64,000 nucleotides of DNA. Origin: a virus. This document shows positions 8,907 through 17,059 of this stretch, piece after piece; the first letter of the stretch is position 1; each line of letters opens with the position of its first letter. Below the pieces are notes generated by a model that ran no database searches, had not been told where the DNA came from, and saw only the letters and a list, made by a program, of their open reading frames with translations. The stretch is taken from the IMG/VR virus record IMGVR_UViG_3300030616_000025, positions 1-64,000 of that record, one strand, 5' to 3'. The position numbers and the translations under genes are program-made.

Positions 8907-9493
8907 AAGGAACAGTAATCCTTAACTACGGTTGTCCGAGAAGCGGGACTACTTTTATATGGTTTCTACTTCGGGCGGGAACGGGATACACATACGGTAA
9001 GATAGGCGAAAACGATCCTTGTCATCCTTGCAACAGTGGGACAGGTCTATTGCATATCAAGAAAACGTTTCGAGATTATAACGTTGTTTTTATTCGCACG
9101 GTGAGAAATCCCATACAGATATTCGAATCATTCAGACATGCGCACAAAACTAACGACGGCGAAATAGGAAAAAAAGCAGACATAGAAATCAAGCGATACA
9201 TACAAAACGAAGAGCGCAACACAAAAGAACAGGCGGGGAAAGTAAGAATATTAACAGTCAAATTTGACATGCTTTCAAACGATTCTTACGTGGAAAAAGT
9301 AATGACAACATTTAAGAAACACTTTCCGAACGCAGAGCATAATACAAATATTTTGCGGAAATATATACACAAGAATTTTAATCACTTCCCCGTCAGGCCC
9401 GGCAAGTTGCAAAGCGGGGTAAAAGACCGACAGTATCTTAGCGAGACAGAAAGACAGGAAATAATGCAGTGGTATAAGGAAAGCGTAAAATGA
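8903..9493 (+). CDS. sulfotransferase-family protein
   Basis: N-terminal PAPS-binding-type loop NYGCPRSGTTFIWFLL, plus VVFIRTVRNP (3'-phosphate-binding-like RxxRNP). Confidence 0.65.
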   Translation: MKGTVILNYGCPRSGTTFIWFLLRAGTGYTYGKIGENDPCHPCNSGTGLLHIKKTFRDYNVVFIRTVRNPIQIFESFRHAHKTNDGEIGKKADIEIKRYIQNEERNTKEQAGKVRILTVKFDMLSNDSYVEKVMTTFKKHFPNAEHNTNILRKYIHKNFNHFPVRPGKLQSGVKDRQYLSETERQEIMQWYKESVK

Positions 9494-10623
9494 ACATACT
9501 ATGTATCGTAATAGACTGCGGGCGGTTTGACTCTTGGGGCTGTAACGGGTTCAACAGGAATACTCCGAACATAGACAATCTTGCGGAGAAAAGCATACTG
9601 TACACGAACGCATATACTACAGCACCGTATACCCCGGCGGCGATAGCATCACTGTTCACAGGTAAATATCCATACGAGCACGGGATAAGGACAATGTATG
9701 GCAGTTGTCTTGATTCAGATGTTAAGACAGTACCGGAGATACTTCAGGGGCAGGGGTGGAATACGGCAGGGTTTGTCGGCTATGCAGGGCTATTGAGTTA
9801 CTACGGTCTGGACAGGGGCTTTAACTTTTTCGACGAAGATTCGGATTTAAGCAAAAACTGGGGAAAGACAAAAGCAGGGTGGAAAGGTAACGACTGGCGC
9901 AAGATGTATACAAGCTATTGCAAAAATCTAAAGAAAGATAACAATTTTATATTCGCACATTACTTTTTTGCTCACACAGGCGGGGAGAAAGCACTGCCGG
10001 AAGAATACAAAAAAGCAGACACATCAAGACACAAATATTTTCAGTACTACGACAAAAAAATAGAATGGTTTGATAAGGAATGGCTACCGCTGATACTTGA
10101 GCCGTGGGACTTGGATAATACAGCGGTGATAATGCTTGCGGATCACGGGGAATGTTTCGATGTCAAAAAAGAGCCGGGAGGACACCGAACAAATCTATTT
10201 CAGGATACAGTTCACATACCGCTGATGATACACGATATTGTAATCGAGGGTGGCGGTATAGACAGCAAATTGAAAAGCAATATAGATATATTCAGCAATA
10301 TTACCGAATGCAGTCATACAGCAGATACGATTTACTTCGAAACAACAAACGAAGACAAACCAGATCAACCGACATTCCGGGCGGGACTGACGGACGGAAA
10401 GAAAAAAGTAACCGCCGAGGGAGAAAATATAGGAGAGATTATAAACATAGAAGGGTGCTACGAAGTCGACGAGGAAAAGGAAAAAGAAATAGACTTAGAC
10501 CAGGATTGCGGAAAGCTGTTTCAAGAACTCATGGCAAACGAGGAAATGAAGCGAGAAATGAACGTCAAATGGGACGCGCAGGAAGCGCATATCGAAACCT
10601 TAAAGCAGTTGGGGTATATGTAA
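9490..10623 (+). CDS. sulfatase / alkaline-phosphatase-superfamily protein (possibly a phosphotransferase)
   Basis: ILCIVIDCGRFD metal site, YTTAPYTPAAIASLFTGKYPYEHG, MLADHGE. The C/S-x-P-x-R formylglycine motif is absent. Confidence 0.75.
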   Translation: MNILCIVIDCGRFDSWGCNGFNRNTPNIDNLAEKSILYTNAYTTAPYTPAAIASLFTGKYPYEHGIRTMYGSCLDSDVKTVPEILQGQGWNTAGFVGYAGLLSYYGLDRGFNFFDEDSDLSKNWGKTKAGWKGNDWRKMYTSYCKNLKKDNNFIFAHYFFAHTGGEKALPEEYKKADTSRHKYFQYYDKKIEWFDKEWLPLILEPWDLDNTAVIMLADHGECFDVKKEPGGHRTNLFQDTVHIPLMIHDIVIEGGGIDSKLKSNIDIFSNITECSHTADTIYFETTNEDKPDQPTFRAGLTDGKKKVTAEGENIGEIINIEGCYEVDEEKEKEIDLDQDCGKLFQELMANEEMKREMNVKWDAQEAHIETLKQLGYM

Positions 10624-11705
10624 TGCAAGTAAAATTTATAGACCTTGAAAAACTACACGAACCGATAATGCCGGAAATAGCACAGGCGATAGATAGCGTT
10701 GTCAGCGATAACGCTTTTATCGGCGGGAAATATGTAGAAGAATTTGAACAGGCATTCGGGAAATACCACGAAAGTAAATGTATAAGCTGTAACAGCGGGA
10801 CAGACGCGTTGATACTGGCATTGAAGGCGTTGGGAATAGACGAAGACAGCCGTGTTATTGTGCCAGATAATACATTTATAGCGACGGCAAACGCGGTAAG
10901 TGCATTAGGCGGTGTTCCTATATTCGCGGAAACAAACGACGAATATCTGATAACCGCGGAAGGAATAAAAGAAGCATATTATTCAGAGGTAGATGCAATC
11001 ATAGTAGTACACCTGTACGGAAATCCCTGTGACATGGATAGCATAATAGATGTTGCGAATGAATACAATCTGCCGATAATAGAGGACTGCGCGCAGGCTC
11101 ACGGTGCGACATACAAAGGAAAGAAAGTAGGAACATTCGGGGCGTGTGGATGTTTCAGTTTCTATCCGACAAAAAATCTTGGCGCAATGGGAGACGGCGG
11201 GGCTGTAATCACGGGAAACGCACAGCATGAAAGATTTATGAGAATCCTCAAAAATAACGGGCGCATGGATAAATATGAATATCTGGCAGAAGGAATCAAC
11301 AGCAGACTTGACGGTATACAAGCGGCTGTACTGACGGAGAAGTTAAAGCACCTTGACGAATTGAATTATCTGCGCAGGAAAAATGCGGGAATATACTACG
11401 ATGAACTAAAAGATATTGATGAGATAAAAATAATCACGCAGTACCGAGAAGAAAAAATGTGCGTGTATCATCAGTACGTCATAGAAGCAGGATCAAGAAA
11501 TGATTTGCAGTCATATTTGGCTTTATTCGGAATAGAGACAGGAATATACTATCCGTGTGCATTGACCGGAACAAAACCGTATTACAAGCAGGAATTAAAC
11601 GAAGCAGAAAATTTTAACATACTTAGCTTACCTATGCATCCGATGTTGACGGAAGAAGAAATAATATACGTCTGTGATAAGATAAAGGAATTTTACGATG
11701 TGTGA
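10623..11705 (+). CDS. DegT/DnrJ/EryC1/StrS-family PLP-dependent sugar aminotransferase
   Basis: FIGGKYVEEFEQAF, CNSGTDALILALKALGI, IIEDCAQAHGA, FSFYPTKNLGAMGDGG (lysine motif). The start is the ATG overlapping the upstream TAA, not the track's 10152. Confidence 0.9.
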   Translation: MQVKFIDLEKLHEPIMPEIAQAIDSVVSDNAFIGGKYVEEFEQAFGKYHESKCISCNSGTDALILALKALGIDEDSRVIVPDNTFIATANAVSALGGVPIFAETNDEYLITAEGIKEAYYSEVDAIIVVHLYGNPCDMDSIIDVANEYNLPIIEDCAQAHGATYKGKKVGTFGACGCFSFYPTKNLGAMGDGGAVITGNAQHERFMRILKNNGRMDKYEYLAEGINSRLDGIQAAVLTEKLKHLDELNYLRRKNAGIYYDELKDIDEIKIITQYREEKMCVYHQYVIEAGSRNDLQSYLALFGIETGIYYPCALTGTKPYYKQELNEAENFNILSLPMHPMLTEEEIIYVCDKIKEFYDV

Positions 11706-11961
11706 ATACTGCGACTGGTTTAAGCACCCGGAAACAAAACCGCTTATAATTCATGATGAAACAGCCGATTATCTTATAGTTGAATGTCCGATAGAAAGAA
11801 AACCGTTAGTTGTTTTCAAGCGGCACAAGGAAGATATAAAGTATATGGATATGATTGAAGCTATCGCAAGAGTGGGAACGCTGTTCGGGCCGACGTGCAA
11901 AATAAGAACGACCGACAATATTCATGCATGTTTTTATGTGGAGGATGCGCAGAATGTATGA
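11698..11961 (+). CDS. hypothetical protein
   Basis: ORF overlapping the upstream stop. No clear motif. Confidence 0.4.
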   Translation: MCEYCDWFKHPETKPLIIHDETADYLIVECPIERKPLVVFKRHKEDIKYMDMIEAIARVGTLFGPTCKIRTTDNIHACFYVEDAQNV

Positions 11962-12310
11962 GTATTTTATAGACTCTATACCGCCTTCATTAAATGCTTA
12001 TCTTGGAAAATCCGGGAAGTGGTATAAATATCAAGCAGATAAAAAGAAATGGGATTTATTGATGTTTGTTTCAATATCAGTCAATAGACCAGAAAAGCCA
12101 CTACCAAAAGCAAGAGTTATTTTAAGTTATCATTTCCCAGACAACAGAAGGCGTGATGCAGATAATTATTCTGGCAAACTCATATTAGACCCATTAGTTA
12201 AATATGGAGTCTTGCAGGATGATAGTTTTAAAAATGTGAAGTTGGAACTTATGGCAGAATTCAAAAGCGAAACTCCCGGATTAAACATCTTTATAGAGGA
12301 ATTGCTATAA
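11954..12310 (+). CDS. rusA: RusA-family Holliday junction resolvase
   Basis: PPSLNAY...RRRDADNYSGKLILDPLVKYGVLQDDS. GGAGG lies 9 nt upstream of this ATG. Confidence 0.8.
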   Translation: MYEYFIDSIPPSLNAYLGKSGKWYKYQADKKKWDLLMFVSISVNRPEKPLPKARVILSYHFPDNRRRDADNYSGKLILDPLVKYGVLQDDSFKNVKLELMAEFKSETPGLNIFIEELL

Positions 12311-12312
12311 CA

Positions 12313-12504
12313 ATGCCGACATATAGTTTTCAATGTCCGAAGTGCAAATATACAAAAGAGGAATTTCTGCCGATGAATTACAGTACCTTAATAAAGTGTC
12401 CGAAATGCGGGAAGAAAATGCAACAGCAAATAGATTGCGGGGCGGGAGTGATATTTAAAGGCAAGGGTTTTTATGAGACAGATTATCGGAGGAAGAAAAA
12501 ATGA
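12313..12504 (+). CDS. FmdB-family zinc-ribbon protein
   Basis: MPTYSFQCPKC...CPKCG...KGKGFYETDY is the typical CxxC_CxxC_SSSS layout. Confidence 0.7.
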   Translation: MPTYSFQCPKCKYTKEEFLPMNYSTLIKCPKCGKKMQQQIDCGAGVIFKGKGFYETDYRRKKK

Positions 12505-12989
12505 GTGTAGTATGTTGCAAGATAAAAAAAGACAAGATCGAAATAGCCGCCGATACGATAGAGGTTTATGATTGGACTCAAAAAAAAAGCAGTTCAAAGC
12601 TGATAAAAACAAATAATATGATTATTGGCATGGTAGGCGATTGTATGGAGGCAAGCCGTTTCATGCATTATTGCACAACAAATAAACCACGACTGGCGGA
12701 TACATATTCTATTATGCTTTTTTTGTCCGAATTTTCGGAATGGATGATGAACAAGTTTAAGGTTTCTGATATTGAGAATGATTATATGTTGATATTTGAC
12801 AAGAAAGCATTTAGAATGCTTGGTGGACATGTCGACGAAATAACAGATTATTATGCAATAGGTGCGGGAATGGATTATGCATTATCGGCATTATATCTTG
12901 GACATGGTGTAAAAAAGGCAGTCAAAACAGCGTGTGAATTATCTATATATTGTGAAGAGCCTATAGAATATTATTATATAAGGAAATAA
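12501..12989 (+). CDS. hypothetical protein, possibly an HslV/proteasome-beta-like Ntn-hydrolase fold
   Basis: The order of blocks resembles HslV: SVVCCKIKKDKIEIAADT, IIGMVGDCMEA, YYAIGAGMDYALSALYLG, then IYCEEPIEYYYI. Eye alignment only. Confidence 0.35.
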   Translation: MSVVCCKIKKDKIEIAADTIEVYDWTQKKSSSKLIKTNNMIIGMVGDCMEASRFMHYCTTNKPRLADTYSIMLFLSEFSEWMMNKFKVSDIENDYMLIFDKKAFRMLGGHVDEITDYYAIGAGMDYALSALYLGHGVKKAVKTACELSIYCEEPIEYYYIRK

Positions 12990-12991
12990 AA

Positions 12992-13315
12992 ATGGCAATA
13001 ATTAACAGAGATTTATGGGTAGACGAGAGATACACTTCTATAGCAGACATGTTTCAGCCGTGCTTAGACCAGATACAAAAGGGCAAGGGCATGGAGCGGC
13101 ACGGGACGGATCAGAAGTTCAAGGATCAGGTGACATGGCAGATAATAAAAAGCTGTCCTGGTTTTGCGCTTGGACAGATGCTGAAAAAGGGGCTTGAAAT
13201 ATCGAGGCTGTCAAACACGGACGCAAAAATAAGAGAACTCAAAGGAGCTATTAACTACGGCATGTTTGAATTGATGCGGCTACTTGAAGTAAAAGAGAAT
13301 GAAGACAAAGAATGA
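12992..13315 (+). CDS. hypothetical protein
   Basis: ORF in the packed array. Confidence 0.5.
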   Translation: MAIINRDLWVDERYTSIADMFQPCLDQIQKGKGMERHGTDQKFKDQVTWQIIKSCPGFALGQMLKKGLEISRLSNTDAKIRELKGAINYGMFELMRLLEVKENEDKE

Positions 13316-13646
13316 AATTCCTCTGGGCGGAAAAAACGTAAAGATAGGAGAAAAATTCAGATGTCCACAATGCGGAACAATAGCAGTCAAGCAACAGCAC
13401 AATCAGCAGTTTTGCGTAAAGCAACGCAGAAGTGACAATAGTTCAGTATGCAAGAATTTATATCATGGAAAAAGATACGATCACAAGAGACAAAAGCAGG
13501 ACAAAAGAATATTGTATAAAAGAAAAAAAATGAAAGAGATATATTATAACTCAAAGCGAGAACATAAATGCCCGAAATGCGGGGTAGACATTATAGAAGG
13601 TTCTTATTGCGAACTATGTAAGGAGAAAATGAATGTTAATAGCTGA
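13299..13646 (+). CDS. basic double zinc-ribbon protein
   Basis: CPQCG...C...C and CPKCG...CELC, with a Lys/Arg-rich middle. Confidence 0.5.
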   Translation: MKTKNEIPLGGKNVKIGEKFRCPQCGTIAVKQQHNQQFCVKQRRSDNSSVCKNLYHGKRYDHKRQKQDKRILYKRKKMKEIYYNSKREHKCPKCGVDIIEGSYCELCKEKMNVNS

Positions 13647-14505
13647 TTATTCAAAAACATTACCGAATGATTTTAGGTTGTATTGGATGGCTGATTTGCA
13701 TATTGGTATGGCGGGTGTCAAGGAAAAACTCATTAAAGATTTATTTGCAAGAATAAAACGAGATGATAACGCCCGAATAGCATTAGGTGGTGATCTAATT
13801 GAAGCCGCCCCTGTGGGACATCCGTATTTTGATATAGATGTTCATGGTGGGGATTATGCGGTAACAAGCAAACAGGTAGATAGGGTTTGCGAATTGCTTG
13901 ATGGATTGCAGGACAAAATATTGTTTAATCTTGTCGGAAATCATGAACTTCGAATAAAAAACATTATGGATGTTGGTGCGGCAATAAATCAAAGACTTGG
14001 GATTGATGTTCCGTGCGGCAATGTCGATATTGTCTGCACATTGACAGAGAAAAAACACGATGATTATCCTGCAATAAAATTTTATGCTCATCATGGAGCG
14101 GGTAGCGTTAATTCGCAAGCGGGTGATTTAGACCAGATATACAGGAATGATGCAAGACGCGTAAAGAGAAAGCTTCGGTTCAAAAGAGCAGATTGTATTT
14201 TAATGGGTATGGCTCATATACACAAGATAAGAATATGCAAACCCGTTAAACAGATGATGATTATTGGCGACAAAGATAAAAGCGTTAAGCAGGAATACCC
14301 CGAAGCCATATTTACTTCTGATGGGGCTATAGAGGAAAATAGCCGTTGGTATTTTTCTACAGGTGCATTTTTTGGGTCACAAGTAGAGGGAATAGATACT
14401 TATGCCAGTAAATACATGTATGATCCGTTACAGCTTGGGTGCGTCAAAATATACGTAGAAGACGCAAAGGTAAAAAATGTCGAGCCGGTAATTATGGGAA
14501 ATTAA
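13633..14505 (+). CDS. calcineurin-like metallophosphoesterase
   Basis: DLHIG, GGDLIE, VGNHE, AHHGAG and MAHIH motifs in the canonical order. Confidence 0.8.
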   Translation: MLIADYSKTLPNDFRLYWMADLHIGMAGVKEKLIKDLFARIKRDDNARIALGGDLIEAAPVGHPYFDIDVHGGDYAVTSKQVDRVCELLDGLQDKILFNLVGNHELRIKNIMDVGAAINQRLGIDVPCGNVDIVCTLTEKKHDDYPAIKFYAHHGAGSVNSQAGDLDQIYRNDARRVKRKLRFKRADCILMGMAHIHKIRICKPVKQMMIIGDKDKSVKQEYPEAIFTSDGAIEENSRWYFSTGAFFGSQVEGIDTYASKYMYDPLQLGCVKIYVEDAKVKNVEPVIMGN

Positions 14506-14531
14506 CGGTAAACTTTTTTAAAGGAAAAAGG

Positions 14532-14927
14532 ATGGAAGTACAAGACATTAAGGTATACGTAGCCGGTGCATTACAGAACCCGTCCCAAATCAAGTATCTT
14601 GGCAATTCGCGGAAGATGATAAAGGGTGCGAAAGATATACTTGTAAAATATGGGCTTACTCCGTTTTGTCCGGCTGTTGACATGCTGTTCTTTCTTGGAC
14701 TTGAAAACGACGAGGAAATAACCAGAGATATGATAGTAAAATACAGCATGTATTGGCTTATGGTATGCGATATAGTATTTGTATTGCGCGGGTGGGAAGA
14801 TTCAGAAGGTACAAAGCACGAAATAGCGAAAGCCACAGAGCTTGGAATTCCAGTTGTGTATTACGACTATGCATGGTTAGAGAAAGAGGCAAGGAGCGTA
14901 ATTCTTGAAAGACAAAAAGCGGTATAA
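14532..14927 (+). CDS. DUF4406 / nucleoside 2-deoxyribosyltransferase-like protein
   Basis: KVYVAGAL at the N-terminus and VLRGWEDSEGTKHEIAKATELGIPVVY at the C-terminus. Confidence 0.5.
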   Translation: MEVQDIKVYVAGALQNPSQIKYLGNSRKMIKGAKDILVKYGLTPFCPAVDMLFFLGLENDEEITRDMIVKYSMYWLMVCDIVFVLRGWEDSEGTKHEIAKATELGIPVVYYDYAWLEKEARSVILERQKAV

Positions 14928-15597
14928 TATAGTTACGGCAATGGATGTCACGTATGTAAAATACGCGGCACGACTGATAACATCGATCAAAAAAGCCGGG
15001 TGGGAAGGAAAGATAACTATATTAACGAGAGACAAGACACTTAATTGGAATGAGGACATTTATCATATTGGGGAAATGAAATTCCACACGAAGAAATTCA
15101 GTGATGACAGGTGGCTTATGCTTGACATTATCACGCCGTTCAAGGATGGCGATGTTGTCATGTGGATAGACTCTGATGCGATAGTGAAGCCCGGGTTTGA
15201 CAAATTGTTTGAATATGGAAACGGGGGAATATCAGCAGTTCCGGTAAACCATTATTATCAAAGGGAGCACAATAGTTACCAAAGGGTATTTAGCCAAAGA
15301 CCCCAGAAATGGTACAGCGACGGCACGATAGTATTTACCGTCAACGATAAAAGCCGGGAGTTTTTCAGAACATGGCTGATTGCCTGTGGAATGAGTGACA
15401 GGTACAGACATGGAACTATGTTTGCGTTTAACATGGCTCTTGAAATGTCGGGTATGGCTGTTGATATTCCCCGTGATACTCACTTGTTTACGCACGATAT
15501 ATTGAATAAGCGAGAGAATGAAAACGCGCTGATAGTTCAATACGGCGGGAATAACGGGAAAGATGTCTGGCTAAAGGAATACAAAGAATGTTTATGA
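14905..15597 (+). CDS. GT8-like nucleotide-diphospho-sugar transferase
   Basis: YNIVTAMDVTYVKYAARLITSI and the DxD-type motif MWIDSDAIV. Start uncertain (TTG 14905 or ATG 14941). Confidence 0.5.
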   Translation: MKDKKRYNIVTAMDVTYVKYAARLITSIKKAGWEGKITILTRDKTLNWNEDIYHIGEMKFHTKKFSDDRWLMLDIITPFKDGDVVMWIDSDAIVKPGFDKLFEYGNGGISAVPVNHYYQREHNSYQRVFSQRPQKWYSDGTIVFTVNDKSREFFRTWLIACGMSDRYRHGTMFAFNMALEMSGMAVDIPRDTHLFTHDILNKRENENALIVQYGGNNGKDVWLKEYKECL

Positions 15598-15642
15598 TAT
15601 GCGCGGTAATAGGATTATGCGGATTTATATTAGGATACTTAT

Positions 15643-15867
15643 ATGCGCAAATGGAAATGGACGCCTGAAAAACAAATGAAACAATACAAACAAATAAGCG
15701 TCTGGGAATACTTAGCGGAATATATGATAGCACTTATTATCCTGGCAATACCCATGAAATACCTTTGGAATATAGCAATGCCGGGAATAGGTTTAGTCGA
15801 GATAACATACGTACAATCATTGTGTCTGCTTATCATGATACGGATAATGATAGGGCTGAATCTATGA
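15643..15867 (+). CDS. small membrane protein
   Basis: Two hydrophobic segments ([11 protein letters not shown] and [15 protein letters not shown]). Confidence 0.45.
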   Translation: MRKWKWTPEKQMKQYKQISVWEYLAEYMIALIILAIPMKYLWNIAMPGIGLVEITYVQSLCLLIMIRIMIGLNL

Positions 15868-16322
15868 TACATGAAACAGCGATAGTCGAGTCGGGCGCAA
15901 TAATCGGGGAAGGGACAAAGGTATGGCATCACGCCCATATTATGAGCGGCGCACAGATAGGAAAGAATTGTGTGATAAGCAAAAACGTTTTTATAGCGGG
16001 GAATGTAATAATAGGTGACAACACAAAAATACAGAACAATGTCAGCGTGTATTCTGGTGTTACGATATGGGATAATGTCTTTATCGGGCCGAGTGTTGTT
16101 TTTACAAACGTCAAAAAACCGAGGGCGTGGAAAAAGCAGGAATACGAAAAGACACTTATTAAAAGCGGCGTTACGATCGGAGCGAACAGTACAATTATCT
16201 GCGGAATAGAAATAGGAGAAAAAGCCTTTATCGGGGCGGGTTCAGTTGTTACCAAAAACGTAGACGACTTGGCGATAGTGTTAGGTAATCCGGCGCGGAA
16301 AGTGGGGTATGTAGAAGAATGA
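15864..16322 (+). CDS. left-handed beta-helix (hexapeptide) sugar N-acetyltransferase, WbpD/WlbB/QdtC-like
   Basis: Runs of hexapeptide repeats ([42 protein letters not shown]) ending in [14 protein letters not shown] overlap. Confidence 0.85.
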   Translation: MIHETAIVESGAIIGEGTKVWHHAHIMSGAQIGKNCVISKNVFIAGNVIIGDNTKIQNNVSVYSGVTIWDNVFIGPSVVFTNVKKPRAWKKQEYEKTLIKSGVTIGANSTIICGIEIGEKAFIGAGSVVTKNVDDLAIVLGNPARKVGYVEE

Positions 16323-17059
16323 GCCTTCCTGAACCGTACTACGAGAACGACCTTGTAACGATATACCACGCAGACTGCTTGGATATACTGCCGGAGATAG
16401 AAAAGGTTGATTTGGTTTTGACTGACCCGCCGTATGGGATAGGGATAGCAAAGAAGGGATCAATAGGAGGTGTTGGCAAAAATGGAAAACATGACAATGT
16501 GAATAACTACGGAAAATCGAATTGGGATAAACACCCACTTTCTTTAGAACAATTCAATAAGATTAAAAGCAAATCAAAAAATCAAATAATTTTTGGTTAT
16601 AATTATTTTGCAAATATACTTCCACCAACAAACGGATTGATAGTATGGGATAAAAAATGCCAAAACAATTGGTGGGATAATTTTTCTGATGGGGAAATAG
16701 CGTGGACGTCTTTTAAAAAGCCGTTAAGAATATTTCGGTATCTTTTTCTTGGGTGTAATGGCAACAATGAAATAACCAGAGGCAAAAAGAAACACCCGAC
16801 ACAAAAACCGCTTGTGCTGATAGGTTGGATGGTGGAGAATTGGACTGACAAAGCAGACATAATTCTCGACCCCTTCCTCGGCTCTGGCACAACGGCAGTG
16901 GCGTGTATGCAATTAGGCAGGAAGTGTATAGGCATAGAGATAGAAGAAAAATACTGTGAAATAGCGGCAAAGCGTTGCGAAGAAGCACGGACGGGATTAA
17001 CCCCTATAGAGCAGGAAATGTATGAAGGAAAAACTTTATTTGATGCGGAAGAAGAATGA
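16319..17059 (+). CDS. DNA methyltransferase (N6-adenine/N4-cytosine, DPPY type)
   Basis: [35 protein letters not shown]. Confidence 0.85.
   Translation: MSLPEPYYENDLVTIYHADCLDILPEIEKVDLVLTDPPYGIGIAKKGSIGGVGKNGKHDNVNNYGKSNWDKHPLSLEQFNKIKSKSKNQIIFGYNYFANILPPTNGLIVWDKKCQNNWWDNFSDGEIAWTSFKKPLRIFRYLFLGCNGNNEITRGKKKHPTQKPLVLIGWMVENWTDKADIILDPFLGSGTTAVACMQLGRKCIGIEIEEKYCEIAAKRCEEARTGLTPIEQEMYEGKTLFDAEEE

Noticed and set aside
10152-10622. Arg/Lys-rich 157-aa N-terminal extension of the aminotransferase ORF in the six-frame track.
   Set aside because: It overlaps the sulfatase-fold gene out of frame. The DegT-type sequence begins exactly at the ATG at 10623, which overlaps the upstream TAA.
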